NCBI GenBank assembly: GCA_964515545.1
Contig: CAZERI010000002.1
Span: 213,731 to 277,730, forward strand
Direction of reading: 5' to 3'
Origin: an uncultured Gammaproteobacteria bacterium
Lineage (GTDB): Bacteria; Patescibacteriota; Microgenomatia; Levybacterales; UBA12049
DNA: 64,000 nucleotides
The notes under the pieces were generated by a model. That model saw nothing but the letters and a program-made list of their open reading frames with translations. It made no database searches and was not told the DNA's origin. A program made the translations under genes and the position numbers. Position 1 is the stretch's first letter. Each line of letters opens with the position of its first letter. This document shows, one piece after another, positions 41,544 through 50,705 of the stretch.

Positions 41544-42281
41544 ATGGCAGCACGAAAAACAACATCTAAAAAAACTACAAAGAAAACTGCTTCAGACAAA
41601 AAAGTGGTCTCTTCAAAGAAAACCTCTTATTCTGCTAATCTTGTAGATTATTTTAGGCTTGGGGAGTCATACACGAGTCTCGTTTTGGGAATTATAGTTG
41701 TTATCGCGATTGCTGTATTGTTAGTTTCATTTTTTAAGACTCGTACTAACTCATCGCATATCGATAATCAACAAGGGACAACTTCCATAAGCACTATCGC
41801 TGAACACCTTGATAAGATTACATCCACTCCAGCTCCATCTGTCACTGTAGCTCCTACACCAACTTCAGTTCCGCCTAAAATTGCTGCCAATCAGTCAGGA
41901 GCAGTGACTTATAGAATTAAAGCAGGAGACGATCTTTGGAAAATTGCCGAGGAACAATACCATGATGGATATCAGTGGGTGGCAATTGCCAAAGCAAATA
42001 ACTTATCAAATCCAAGTCTGATTAATGTAGGCAATATTATTGTCCTCCCAAAGGTAACACCTACACCAACATTAGCCCAAGCAAAAACAGCTCCAACTCA
42101 GGTCGCTCAGGGCACAAAAATTGGTGGAACTACCTATGTTATTGTGCACGGAGATGATCTTTGGGATATTGCTGTAAGAGCTTATGGAAATGGTTACAAG
42201 TGGGTCGATATTGCAAAAGCAAACAACCTTTCATCTCCAAATCTTATCCACGCTGGTAACTCTCTCAAAATCCCTCGATAA
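41544..42281 (+). CDS. Membrane-anchored protein with two LysM peptidoglycan-binding domains
   Basis: Lys-rich N-terminal tail, one TM helix (LVLGIIVVIAIAVLLV), a Thr/Pro-rich linker and two LysM repeats (YRIKAGDDLWKIA...INVGNIIVLP and YVIVHGDDLWDIA...IHAGNSLKIP). Confidence 0.75.
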   Translation: MAARKTTSKKTTKKTASDKKVVSSKKTSYSANLVDYFRLGESYTSLVLGIIVVIAIAVLLVSFFKTRTNSSHIDNQQGTTSISTIAEHLDKITSTPAPSVTVAPTPTSVPPKIAANQSGAVTYRIKAGDDLWKIAEEQYHDGYQWVAIAKANNLSNPSLINVGNIIVLPKVTPTPTLAQAKTAPTQVAQGTKIGGTTYVIVHGDDLWDIAVRAYGNGYKWVDIAKANNLSSPNLIHAGNSLKIPR

Positions 42282-42324
42282 GTTCTTCACCTAACTTTGT
42301 TCATATGCTATCATCACAGATAAT

Positions 42325-42396
42325 GCGGCGGTAGTTCAGTGGTAGAATGCTTCCTTCCCAAGGAAGAGGTCGCCGGTTCGAGTCCGGTTCGCCGCT
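42325..42396 (+). tRNA. tRNA-Gly (anticodon CCC)
   Basis: Acceptor GCGGCGG/TCGCCGC, D-arm GTTC-AGTGGTA-GAAT, anticodon stem CTTCC/GGAAG with loop TTCCCAA, T-arm GCCGG-TTCGAGT-CCGGT. CCA is not encoded. Confidence 0.85.
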
Positions 42397-42479
42397 CATC
42401 AAAAATAGCTGTGGAATTACTTACTAATGAAATCCTCAGCTTGTCTTTTTTCAGCTTTGGTATAGTAAATTCAGCCATA

Positions 42480-43388
42480 ATGATTGAGAGTGATTCTTCT
42501 ACTATTTTGGGTACAGAGTCTCATTTTGAGCCTCATAAGTCTTCCTGGCGATTTCGTAAAACAATGGAAGCTAATGTAGGGATGGTTACTGAGGTTAAGG
42601 ATGTAAGTGGATGGGAAAATTTCTACAATCTCAAGCTAGGTATTAATCCTGTTATAGCTACTACACACTTGACTGATACAGATGTCCAAATAGGAGCAAA
42701 GATATTTTCTAACCTTGTTGATGTTGGTGTTGCTAGTATGCAGACCAACCAGACAGATGCGATTATTGGTAAACTCGTTGGTCTAGCGGGGAAAGGCAAT
42801 TTTTTCGATGTTGCCAATACGTTTGAGGATGGTAAGGCAAGTTTCAAACTTGATTCGCGAAACTTCCTTTTAATGGCACAAGCAATGAATGAGCGAGGAA
42901 AGACAATGGTAATTCCTTCTCATAGCCCACATTACAAAGACTACGGTAATAGGATTCTTCCAGAAGTACCAGGGTTAACTGCAGTGATCGTTGCAAATTT
43001 AACAGACCGAGTTATTTTGCCTGTTGCTGTCGAGTTCCAAGGTGAAGGACATATTGGTATGTCTCAAGATATGATAAAAAATGTTCTTAAGAAAGCCAAA
43101 GGAGATACTCCTTCGTCTTCAGTCCATATCGCAGAACCGATTATGCTTGACAGCGGGGGAATTCCAGATGAGTTTATTACTCAGAAAGATGAGATTTTAG
43201 AGGCGCTTCAGCTGTTTAATTCTGAAACTCGAAAAATAATGAGTACTGAAGATAAAAGTAAAGCACTTGATACATTAAAAAAGTTACAAAAGCAAGGTGA
43301 AATCGTCCTTATGGCTCAGGCAGCTGAACTTCCTCAGGAGTCGCGTGGAGTATGGCAGGAACGGTTGGCAGCTACAATTGAAGGATAA
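42480..43388 (+). CDS. Hypothetical protein (no recognisable domain)
   Basis: Long ORF with coding-like composition. The ORF-track start at 42339 lies inside the tRNA-Gly gene, so the first in-frame ATG after the tRNA (42480, MIESD) is used. Confidence 0.4.
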   Translation: MIESDSSTILGTESHFEPHKSSWRFRKTMEANVGMVTEVKDVSGWENFYNLKLGINPVIATTHLTDTDVQIGAKIFSNLVDVGVASMQTNQTDAIIGKLVGLAGKGNFFDVANTFEDGKASFKLDSRNFLLMAQAMNERGKTMVIPSHSPHYKDYGNRILPEVPGLTAVIVANLTDRVILPVAVEFQGEGHIGMSQDMIKNVLKKAKGDTPSSSVHIAEPIMLDSGGIPDEFITQKDEILEALQLFNSETRKIMSTEDKSKALDTLKKLQKQGEIVLMAQAAELPQESRGVWQERLAATIEG

Positions 43389-43461
43389 ATTCCCAGTTGA
43401 CTTTGCATTTATTCGTTTGTTATTATTAATCGTGCCCCGTAGTAAATCTAATACAACTAAA

Positions 43462-45120
43462 TTGAAATACATCTTTGTCTCCGGTGGAGTCATCTCAGGC
43501 ATCGGAAAAGGCCTCACTGCATCCTCCATAGCTCTCCTTCTTAAAGAATCAGGTTATACAGTAGCTCCCATTAAATTTGAAAATTACCTTAATTTGGATG
43601 CCGGAACAATTAATCCTATAGAACATGGTGATCCATTCTTGTGTGAAGACGGAACCGAAACTGACATGGATATCGGTTCCTATGAGAAATTCCTTGATCA
43701 GGATATGGGAGTAAATAACTTTGTAACGATGGGTAAAATCTACCAGACTGTTATTGATCGAGAGCGAAGATTTGAATATAAAGGTGAGGATGTTGAAGCA
43801 ATTCCTCATATTACTGATGAAGTAGCAACAAGAATCCAGAATGTTGGAGAAAAAAACAATGCAGATATTGTTCTTATAGAACTTGGAGGAACTGTTGGAG
43901 AGTATCAGAACGCACTTTATTATGAGGCTGCTCGTATCATGACTCTTAGAAATCCAGGTGATGTACTCCATGTCCATGTCAGCTATGTCCCAACACCAAA
44001 TCACTTAGGTGAGCCTAAGACTAAACCTACTCAGCTCTCTGTTCGCATGCTTAACTCTATGGGTATTCAGCCTGATTTTATTATTGCACGATCAGAAAAG
44101 TATCTTGATGCGCGCAGACGAGATAGATTTGCACTCTTCTGTAATATGCATCCAGAAGATATTATTTCAAACCCAGATTTAGAATCAGTATATGAAATTC
44201 CGCTTACTCTCCATGAACAGGGGCTGGATAGACGTATTCTCGAGAAATTAGGACTTCCAGCAAATAAACCTGATTTAAGTGCGTGGACTAAATTTGTAGA
44301 GAAAATTAAGGCTCCTCGTACTATGACGCTAGAAGTAGCAATTATTGGTAAATATTTTGGAACAGGTGAGTATCAGCTGAGAGATTCCTATGCAGCCCTT
44401 TTTGATGCTATTGATCATGCAGCTATTCACGAGAATCTAGAAGTAAAGACGAGATGGATTGACGCCGAGAAGATTACCCCTGAGAATGCTAAAGAGATGG
44501 TAGGAACTCCGGATGGTATTATTGTGCCTATCGGATGGGGTGTTAGGGGAGCCGAGGGTATGATTGCAGCAGCTAACTATGCTCGTGAAGCAAAAATTCC
44601 TTATCTTGGGTTATGTTATGGTATGCAGCTTGCTGTAGTTGCCTATGCAAGACATGTATTAGGTTTAGAGAATGCGAACACCGAAGAAAATGAGCCAGAA
44701 GCTCTTCACAAGATTATTCATTTTATTCCTAACCAAAAAGAACTTATCAAGCAGAGGGCATACGGCGGAACAATGAGATTAGGAGGATGGGAAGCAATGG
44801 TTAAAAAAGGGACGATGGCTTATGATGCATATGAGAAATACGGTGGTCTTATTACTAAAGATGGCTTAACTAGTGAGAGACATCGTCACCGTTATGAATT
44901 TAATAATGATTACGCTATTGATTTAGAGAAGGCTGGATTAGTAATTGCAGCGAGGTCTATAAAAGAAAATTTAGTTGAGATTGTAGAGTTACCTCGAGAT
45001 AAGCATCCATTTTACTTAGGAACTCAAGGACATCCTGAATATAAGAGCCGACCTCTTCATCCTCATCCGCTCTTTACCGTTTTTGTTCAAGCAATGGCTA
45101 AGGAGCATAAAAAAGCTTGA
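43462..45120 (+). CDS. pyrG: CTP synthase
   Basis: Canonical N-terminus (L)KYIFVSGGVISGIGKG, a C-terminal class I glutamine amidotransferase domain (GLCYGMQ) and a proposed TTG start at 43462. The upstream ORF-track extension from 43297 has no homology and overlaps the preceding gene. Confidence 0.9.
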   Translation: MKYIFVSGGVISGIGKGLTASSIALLLKESGYTVAPIKFENYLNLDAGTINPIEHGDPFLCEDGTETDMDIGSYEKFLDQDMGVNNFVTMGKIYQTVIDRERRFEYKGEDVEAIPHITDEVATRIQNVGEKNNADIVLIELGGTVGEYQNALYYEAARIMTLRNPGDVLHVHVSYVPTPNHLGEPKTKPTQLSVRMLNSMGIQPDFIIARSEKYLDARRRDRFALFCNMHPEDIISNPDLESVYEIPLTLHEQGLDRRILEKLGLPANKPDLSAWTKFVEKIKAPRTMTLEVAIIGKYFGTGEYQLRDSYAALFDAIDHAAIHENLEVKTRWIDAEKITPENAKEMVGTPDGIIVPIGWGVRGAEGMIAAANYAREAKIPYLGLCYGMQLAVVAYARHVLGLENANTEENEPEALHKIIHFIPNQKELIKQRAYGGTMRLGGWEAMVKKGTMAYDAYEKYGGLITKDGLTSERHRHRYEFNNDYAIDLEKAGLVIAARSIKENLVEIVELPRDKHPFYLGTQGHPEYKSRPLHPHPLFTVFVQAMAKEHKKA

Positions 45121-45133
45121 GATTGTCTCTGTG

Positions 45134-45162
45134 TTGAGTAATTCCTCTTTTTTGTGTATAAT
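45134..45162 (+). promoter_or_regulatory. Candidate sigma70 promoter of rplS with near-consensus -10
   Basis: TTGAGT at 45134-45139, a 17 nt spacer and TATAAT at 45157-45162 preceded by TG. The first plausible ATG of rplS is at 45169, only 6 nt after the -10 element. Confidence 0.4.
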
Positions 45163-45168
45163 ACTCAC

Positions 45169-45453
45169 ATGATTTCTAGCATTTCTTTTGCACCAGGTGA
45201 TGTGGTCCGTGTTCACCAAAAAATTCAAGAAGGAGAGAAATTTCGTATTCAGGTCTTCCAAGGGACTGTAATCCAAATTCGAGGTAGAGGCGATAATAAA
45301 AGCTTTACAGTACGTAAGGAAGTAGCAGGTGTTGCTGTGGAGAAGATCTGGCAGATAGGCTCTCCAAATATCGAAAAAGTTGAAGTAAAAGAAGCTCCTA
45401 AAGATAAACCACGCAGATCACGTCTTACCTTCCTTCGCAAAAGTAAAAGATAA
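45169..45453 (+). CDS. rplS: 50S ribosomal protein L19
   Basis: GDVVRVHQKIQEGEKFRIQVFQGTVIQIRGRG...FTVRK is a strong L19 match. The start is chosen at MISSIS because the upstream ATG at 45154 lies inside the predicted promoter. Confidence 0.85.
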   Translation: MISSISFAPGDVVRVHQKIQEGEKFRIQVFQGTVIQIRGRGDNKSFTVRKEVAGVAVEKIWQIGSPNIEKVEVKEAPKDKPRRSRLTFLRKSKR

Positions 45454-45497
45454 ATTCCTCTTTTTTCTTCTCATTTTTTCCGCTACGATTTCTCTAT

Positions 45498-45875
45498 ATG
45501 CCATCTGGATACAGAAAAATCTTTGGTCAAGAAGGTGAAGAGAGAGCTATTGAATACCTTCAGAATAACGGTTATAGAATAGTCGAGCGTAATTTCAGAA
45601 CTAGAAATGGGGAGATTGACATTATTGCAATTGATGAGTCTCTTTCTCCAAAGGAATTAGTATTTGTCGAGGTTAAGACCCGCTTTTCAGATTCCTTTGG
45701 TGATCCTTTGGAGGCAATTACCTACTACAAAATGAAAGCACTAAGAAGAACTGCTCTTTTTTATCAAGTCCGACATCCAAAGCTTCCTCAGATACTTCGG
45801 TTAGATGCAGTTGCAGTTATCCTGAATAAAGAAAAAAATAACGCTACTATTAGGCTAGTCAAAAATATTGGCTAG
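45498..45875 (+). CDS. yraN: YraN/UPF0102 family endonuclease-like protein
   Basis: GEEGEERAIEYLQNNGYRIVERNFRTRNGEIDIIA...FVEVKTR is the conserved UPF0102 core, 125 aa. Confidence 0.75.
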   Translation: MPSGYRKIFGQEGEERAIEYLQNNGYRIVERNFRTRNGEIDIIAIDESLSPKELVFVEVKTRFSDSFGDPLEAITYYKMKALRRTALFYQVRHPKLPQILRLDAVAVILNKEKNNATIRLVKNIG

Positions 45876-45919
45876 TATTATGCTTGCGCTTATTAAGGTG
45901 AAGTGGTATTCTATAGGCC

Positions 45920-47320
45920 ATGTATAATAAAAAGGTAAAAATCGTTGCGACTATTGGTCCTGCTAGTAACTCTTATGCCTCCTTACTTGCTTTAGCACAT
46001 GCTGGAGTCGATGTGTATAGAATTAACCTTTCCCACCAGCCCTATGATGAGATAGCCAAGCTTGTTTCAGATATGAGAAAGGTTGAGGGGAAGATCGGAC
46101 GACCATTAACGATTATGGGAGATCTTGCTGGTCCAAAAATTAGAATCGGGAAGGTACAGCATGGGGTAGTTCTTAACAATAATGATGAAGTTGAGATAGT
46201 TAAAAAAGCAGTTGTAGGGTCGTCCCATAGACTATCGGTTAATTACCCGACGATCATCGGACAGCTCAAAAAAGGCGCTGAGATTTATGTAGACGATGGC
46301 AAAATTCGTATGGAAGTTATCGAGGAGGGCACAATAAAAGCGGTTGCAAGAGTCACTGTGGGAGGCCCTCTTGTCTCATTTAAAGGCTTTTATGCACAAG
46401 GGTTATCTTTGGAAAATCATGGACTAACAAAAAAAGATAAATTAGATATAGATCTCATGGTTAAAGAGGGTGTTGATGCTTTAGCCGTGTCTTTTGTTCA
46501 AACTGAGAAAGATATTGAGGCAGTGAGAAAACTTCTCCCGGATGGTTCTAAGATCATGCTGATTGCAAAAATTGAGACAGCGAAGGCTATTGAGAACGTA
46601 GCTAAAATAATTAATGTTTCAGACGGACTGATGGTGGCTCGAGGAGATTTAGGGCTTGCTGTTCCTATGGCAGAAGTTCCTCATCTACAAAAAAACCTTA
46701 TCAATATTTGTTTGAAGCATGCTAAGCCTGTTATTACTGCTACTCAGATGCTTGAGTCTATGACTACAAATCCGCTTCCAACCCGCGCTGAAGTTACAGA
46801 TGTGGCAAATGCTATTTTAGATGGAACAGATGCTGTAATGCTTTCAGGAGAATCAGCCATGGGAAAGTTTCCTGTGGAGACTGTAAAAATGATGGCCCAA
46901 ATTATAGAGAGCGCAGTCCCTTATGTTGAGAGGAGAGAATTTGATCATGAACAGGCAGTAGGAAATGCAGTAAGTGCAAATGTCGGTCATGTGGCAGACC
47001 AAATTGGTGCTAGGTTAGTAGTAGCTTTTACCCATCGGGGAAGAGCAGCACAGCGTATCTCACGTCATAGATCCCCGCAGTGTATTATAGCTCTAACTCC
47101 TGTAAAAGAGACGCTAAGAAGGCTGAATTTCTCATGGGGAGTTTTTCCTTTTGAAATTAAACCTACTCAGGACTTTAACGACATGACAGCCCAGGCCAGA
47201 GAGATTGCTGAAAAAAACCATGTTCTTAAGTTGCATAAAGGAGAACATTTTGTCATAGCTGCAGGTATGCCTTTTGGACAGTCAGGTACTACCAATATGA
47301 TCCTCGTAGAGAGAGTGTAA
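45920..47320 (+). CDS. pyk: Pyruvate kinase
   Basis: N-terminal KIVATIGPAS plus the MVARGDLG motif, 466 aa. Confidence 0.9.
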   Translation: MYNKKVKIVATIGPASNSYASLLALAHAGVDVYRINLSHQPYDEIAKLVSDMRKVEGKIGRPLTIMGDLAGPKIRIGKVQHGVVLNNNDEVEIVKKAVVGSSHRLSVNYPTIIGQLKKGAEIYVDDGKIRMEVIEEGTIKAVARVTVGGPLVSFKGFYAQGLSLENHGLTKKDKLDIDLMVKEGVDALAVSFVQTEKDIEAVRKLLPDGSKIMLIAKIETAKAIENVAKIINVSDGLMVARGDLGLAVPMAEVPHLQKNLINICLKHAKPVITATQMLESMTTNPLPTRAEVTDVANAILDGTDAVMLSGESAMGKFPVETVKMMAQIIESAVPYVERREFDHEQAVGNAVSANVGHVADQIGARLVVAFTHRGRAAQRISRHRSPQCIIALTPVKETLRRLNFSWGVFPFEIKPTQDFNDMTAQAREIAEKNHVLKLHKGEHFVIAAGMPFGQSGTTNMILVERV

Positions 47321-47323
47321 TCT

Positions 47324-47863
47324 ATGGAAATGCTTCGTGATACGTCCGAGAAGGTAACTCAAGCTGGAGACTTACTCACTTATTCTGACAATTTGATCCT
47401 TATCAAAAATAGATACATAGGCCCTTCTTTTCGTTTACCAGATAATACTTCAATACATCCAGGGAACTTTATTGGCAATCTTCATCTTAATCCTCTCATG
47501 TACCAGGGAGACTCAGATATTGCTCATGCCAGAAGTTTTGCGAGAGAAGCAGTGGAGGGCTTATGTAATTTAGCTGAAGATTGCGAGAGTAATGAATCAG
47601 AAGTACAAGGAATTGTCGCATTTCATGGGATTTCAGATATTGTAAGACCTTCTTTTGCTAAAAGTATAGGATTACCTGATAGTTCATTATCACTTTATAA
47701 AAACCAACCAAGAATGAAAAGTAGAATAGTCAGCTTCCGTCAGGAGTTCTATGATTCCGAGTATGAAGGTCATCAAGTCAAGGATATCTATGAATTATGG
47801 CTTTCCCGCAGAGAACTCATGTCATTGACAGATAATTTTGGAGAGCTGCTTAGAAGATTATAA
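47324..47863 (+). CDS. Hypothetical protein
   Basis: 179 aa ORF starting 3 nt after the pyk stop, with no recognisable motif. Its end abuts the convergent uvrB stop. Confidence 0.4.
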   Translation: MEMLRDTSEKVTQAGDLLTYSDNLILIKNRYIGPSFRLPDNTSIHPGNFIGNLHLNPLMYQGDSDIAHARSFAREAVEGLCNLAEDCESNESEVQGIVAFHGISDIVRPSFAKSIGLPDSSLSLYKNQPRMKSRIVSFRQEFYDSEYEGHQVKDIYELWLSRRELMSLTDNFGELLRRL

Positions 47864-49864
47864 TTATTTTCCTTGGAGCGTTCTAATCTGATCCCGCAGA
47901 AGAGTAGCTGTCTCAAAGTCTAGCCCTTCAGCTGCTGCTTTCATTTCTTTCCGGAGTCTCTTTATTAAATCTTCTCTTTCATCAGGAAGTAAAACTTCTT
48001 TTTTACCCATTTTAAGCAGAAAGTCTATTGATGGCTTGTTATCTTCTTTCTCCTGCTGCTTTTCAATAAGTCTTGCTCTAATTGCCTTATCAATATTCTT
48101 AGGAGTAATTTTGTGCTTCTTATTATAAGTTAGCTGGATTTCACGTCGTCTTTCTACCTCCTCGATAGCAGCTTTCATAGACTTCGTGACGTGATCCGCA
48201 TACATGATAACTTCACTATCTATATTTCGTGCTGCTCTTCCCATAGTCTGAATAAGGGATGTCCTACTTCGTAAAAATCCTTCTTTGTCAGCATCCAGTA
48301 TGGCTACTAAGGTTACTTCTGGAAGATCCAGACCTTCACGGAGCAGATTGATTCCGACCAAGACATCCACTTCTCCTAAACGCAGACTATCTAAAATATC
48401 TTGCCTTTCAAGAGTTACGATATCTGAATGGAGATATGCTACTTTAATCTGGTGTTCTTCCAGGTACGAGGATAACTCCTCAGCCATTCGTTTTGTAAGA
48501 GTAGTTACCAAGACACGCTGTTTCCTCTCAACTCGTTTTTTAATTTCTTCCATTAAATCAGGAATTTGTCCCTCTGTTGGCTTAACTGTTACTTGTGGAT
48601 CTACAATTCCTGTAGGACGGATTAATTGCTCCACAACTCCATCGTCTTCTTTCGCAAGTGACATTTCATACTCTTCAGGGGTAGCTGAGACATAGACAGC
48701 TTGGTTAACATGCCTCATAAATTCTTCAAATCTGAGCGGTCTATTGTCTAAGGCAGAGGGAAGACGGAAGCCATAATCAATAAGTGTTTCTTTGCGGGAA
48801 CGATCTCCGTTATACATGCCTCTAATCTGGGGAAGTGTGATATGTGACTCATCGACTACTAAAAGCCAATCTTTTGTATTATGGTCGAAGTAGTCAATGA
48901 GTGTATAAGGCGGGTCTCCTGGTTTTCTGCCGTCAAAATAAATAGAATAATTCTCTATCCCATTAACATAACCTACTTCTCGAATCATTTCTAAGTCATA
49001 AGTTGTCCGCTGTTGGATACGTTGAGCCTCAATTAGTTTATTTTCAGATTTTAACTTAGCAACATGCTTCTCCAAGTCTGCATTAATTTGCTTAAAAGCA
49101 TTATCATAAGTCTTAGGATCTGTCATATAATGCTTGGCAGGGTAGATCATAATCTTTGGGTATACCTGAAGTACTTCCCCTGTAAGAGGATCAAATTCCG
49201 TAATACTTTGGACAGAATCAACTCCTAGTTCTATCCGAATTCCTGTATCCATATATGCAGGAAGGAGTTCTATAGTTCCGCCTCTTACTCTAAAATTTCC
49301 TCTCCTAAACTCATAATCATTCCGATCATATTGGAGATCAGCGAGACGTACCAATATATCCCGCTGTGAAATTTTTTGCCCGGGCATTAATTCTAAGACA
49401 AATTTCCCGTATTCAACAGGTGATCCAAGATTATAGATACATGATACAGAGGCTACTACGATGACATCACTCCGAGTAAGGAGATGAGTAGTAGTTGAGA
49501 GGCGAAGCTTATCTATTTCTTCATTAATTTCTGCTTCTTTCTCTATATACGTATCACTGCTTGGTACATATGCCTCTGGCTGGTAGTAATCATAATAAGA
49601 AACAAAGTAGGAGACTGCATTATTGGGGAAAAAGTCTCTGAATTCCTGATACAACTGAGCAGCAAGTGTCTTGTTATGAGAAATAACAAGAGTTGGTTTC
49701 TTTACTTTTTGAATAACATTTGCCATGGAAAACGTTTTACCGCTTCCAGTTACGCCGAGCAGTACTTGATTTTTTTTGCCTTCAGATAATCCTGAAGAGA
49801 GCATCTTAATTGCCTCTGGCTGATCGCCAGTAGGTTTAAAGTCAGAAATAAGCTGAAAATCCAT
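47864..49864 (-). CDS. uvrB: Excinuclease ABC subunit B
   Basis: Helicase motif I GVTGSGKT, a beta-hairpin region and a C-terminal UvrB/UvrC interaction domain (DFETATLLRDQIRTL). 666 aa. Confidence 0.95.
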   Translation of the reverse strand: MDFQLISDFKPTGDQPEAIKMLSSGLSEGKKNQVLLGVTGSGKTFSMANVIQKVKKPTLVISHNKTLAAQLYQEFRDFFPNNAVSYFVSYYDYYQPEAYVPSSDTYIEKEAEINEEIDKLRLSTTTHLLTRSDVIVVASVSCIYNLGSPVEYGKFVLELMPGQKISQRDILVRLADLQYDRNDYEFRRGNFRVRGGTIELLPAYMDTGIRIELGVDSVQSITEFDPLTGEVLQVYPKIMIYPAKHYMTDPKTYDNAFKQINADLEKHVAKLKSENKLIEAQRIQQRTTYDLEMIREVGYVNGIENYSIYFDGRKPGDPPYTLIDYFDHNTKDWLLVVDESHITLPQIRGMYNGDRSRKETLIDYGFRLPSALDNRPLRFEEFMRHVNQAVYVSATPEEYEMSLAKEDDGVVEQLIRPTGIVDPQVTVKPTEGQIPDLMEEIKKRVERKQRVLVTTLTKRMAEELSSYLEEHQIKVAYLHSDIVTLERQDILDSLRLGEVDVLVGINLLREGLDLPEVTLVAILDADKEGFLRSRTSLIQTMGRAARNIDSEVIMYADHVTKSMKAAIEEVERRREIQLTYNKKHKITPKNIDKAIRARLIEKQQEKEDNKPSIDFLLKMGKKEVLLPDEREDLIKRLRKEMKAAAEGLDFETATLLRDQIRTLQGK

Positions 49865-49937
49865 GTCAGTATTCTAACATATAAAATGACAAATGCGGTT
49901 TGATATAGACAATAACAGTACGTCTTATTGACAAAAA

Positions 49938-50006
49938 TATACGAAAACTCGTATATTTTATTCATACAGTTTTCTGCCCTCTAAAAGAAAACTGCTCAAC
50001 TGTATG
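49938..50006. promoter_or_regulatory. Candidate SOS operator/promoter region shared by divergent uvrB and lexA
   Basis: Perfect inverted repeat TATACG-N6-CGTATA at 49938-49955 overlaps a -10-like TATATT and lies 17-18 nt downstream of TTGACA (49928-49933). A second nested inverted repeat has CATACAGTTTTC (49963-49974) pairing with GAAAACTG (49987-49994) and AACTGTATG (49998-50006), which covers the lexA ATG. GAAAACT occurs twice. Confidence 0.4.
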
Positions 50007-50636
50007 CCAGGTGTTTTATATAGAAAAGAAAGAGAGCTTCTTACATTTTTAGCTCAATTCCAAAATAAGAACGGTTATTCTCCTACTCTTCGAGAGATGG
50101 CCGATGCTACAGGCCATAGAAGCGTCTCTACTATTCATGCAATTATCCGCAACCTCGTTGATAAAGGCTACATTCAAAAAGATGATGGTAATGCACGAGT
50201 TCTTAAGATTAAAGACGAAAGCGCAGTCCCATTAATAGCCAAAGAAATTCAGCCTTCAGTTGAGCTTCCTTTAATGGGCTTTATTGCAGCAGGGCAACCA
50301 CTGGAGCCACATACTGATCCTAATGCTACATTTCAAATATCTGCTTCTATGCTTTCTGGCAAGAATACCTCATATGTCCTGCAGGTTAAAGGAGAGTCTA
50401 TGATTGAAGAAGGAATACTTGATGGAGACTTCGTAGTTATCGAAAAAGTAAACACAGCTATAAATGGAGAGATTGTGGTGGCACTCGTTGATGACAATTT
50501 AGCGACACTTAAAAAGTTTTACAAAGAAGACGGCAGAGTCATCCTTAAACCAGCGAATTCTCGCATGGACCCCATCTATCCTAACTCGCTTAAGATCCAG
50601 GGGAGAGTTGTGGGGCTTGTTCGCAGGTATTCCTAA
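50004..50636 (+). CDS. lexA: LexA repressor (S24 peptidase)
   Basis: N-terminal winged-helix domain, an Ala-Gly cleavage site (FIAAGQP) and a Ser/Lys dyad region (VKGESM...LKKF). 210 aa. Confidence 0.85.
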   Translation: MPGVLYRKERELLTFLAQFQNKNGYSPTLREMADATGHRSVSTIHAIIRNLVDKGYIQKDDGNARVLKIKDESAVPLIAKEIQPSVELPLMGFIAAGQPLEPHTDPNATFQISASMLSGKNTSYVLQVKGESMIEEGILDGDFVVIEKVNTAINGEIVVALVDDNLATLKKFYKEDGRVILKPANSRMDPIYPNSLKIQGRVVGLVRRYS

Positions 50637-50705
50637 TTATTGTCAGCAATATGTCAGTTAATTATCCTGTATCCATAGTCTATTCTTGTTAGACTTAAAG
50701 ATATT

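Noticed and set aside
41390-41599. 69-aa minus-strand ORF
   Set aside because: It lies entirely across the tRNA-Asp gene and the lysM 5' region, and its translation is the reverse of tRNA sequence. It is spurious.
42339-42479. ORF-track start of the 349-aa ORF at 42339
   Set aside because: It begins inside the tRNA-Gly gene. The start was moved to the first ATG downstream of the tRNA (42480).
43297-43461. N-terminal 55-codon extension of pyrG in the ORF track
   Set aside because: The extension has no CTP synthase homology and overlaps the preceding ORF. The canonical CTP synthase N-terminus begins at the TTG at 43462 (LKYIFVSGGV...).
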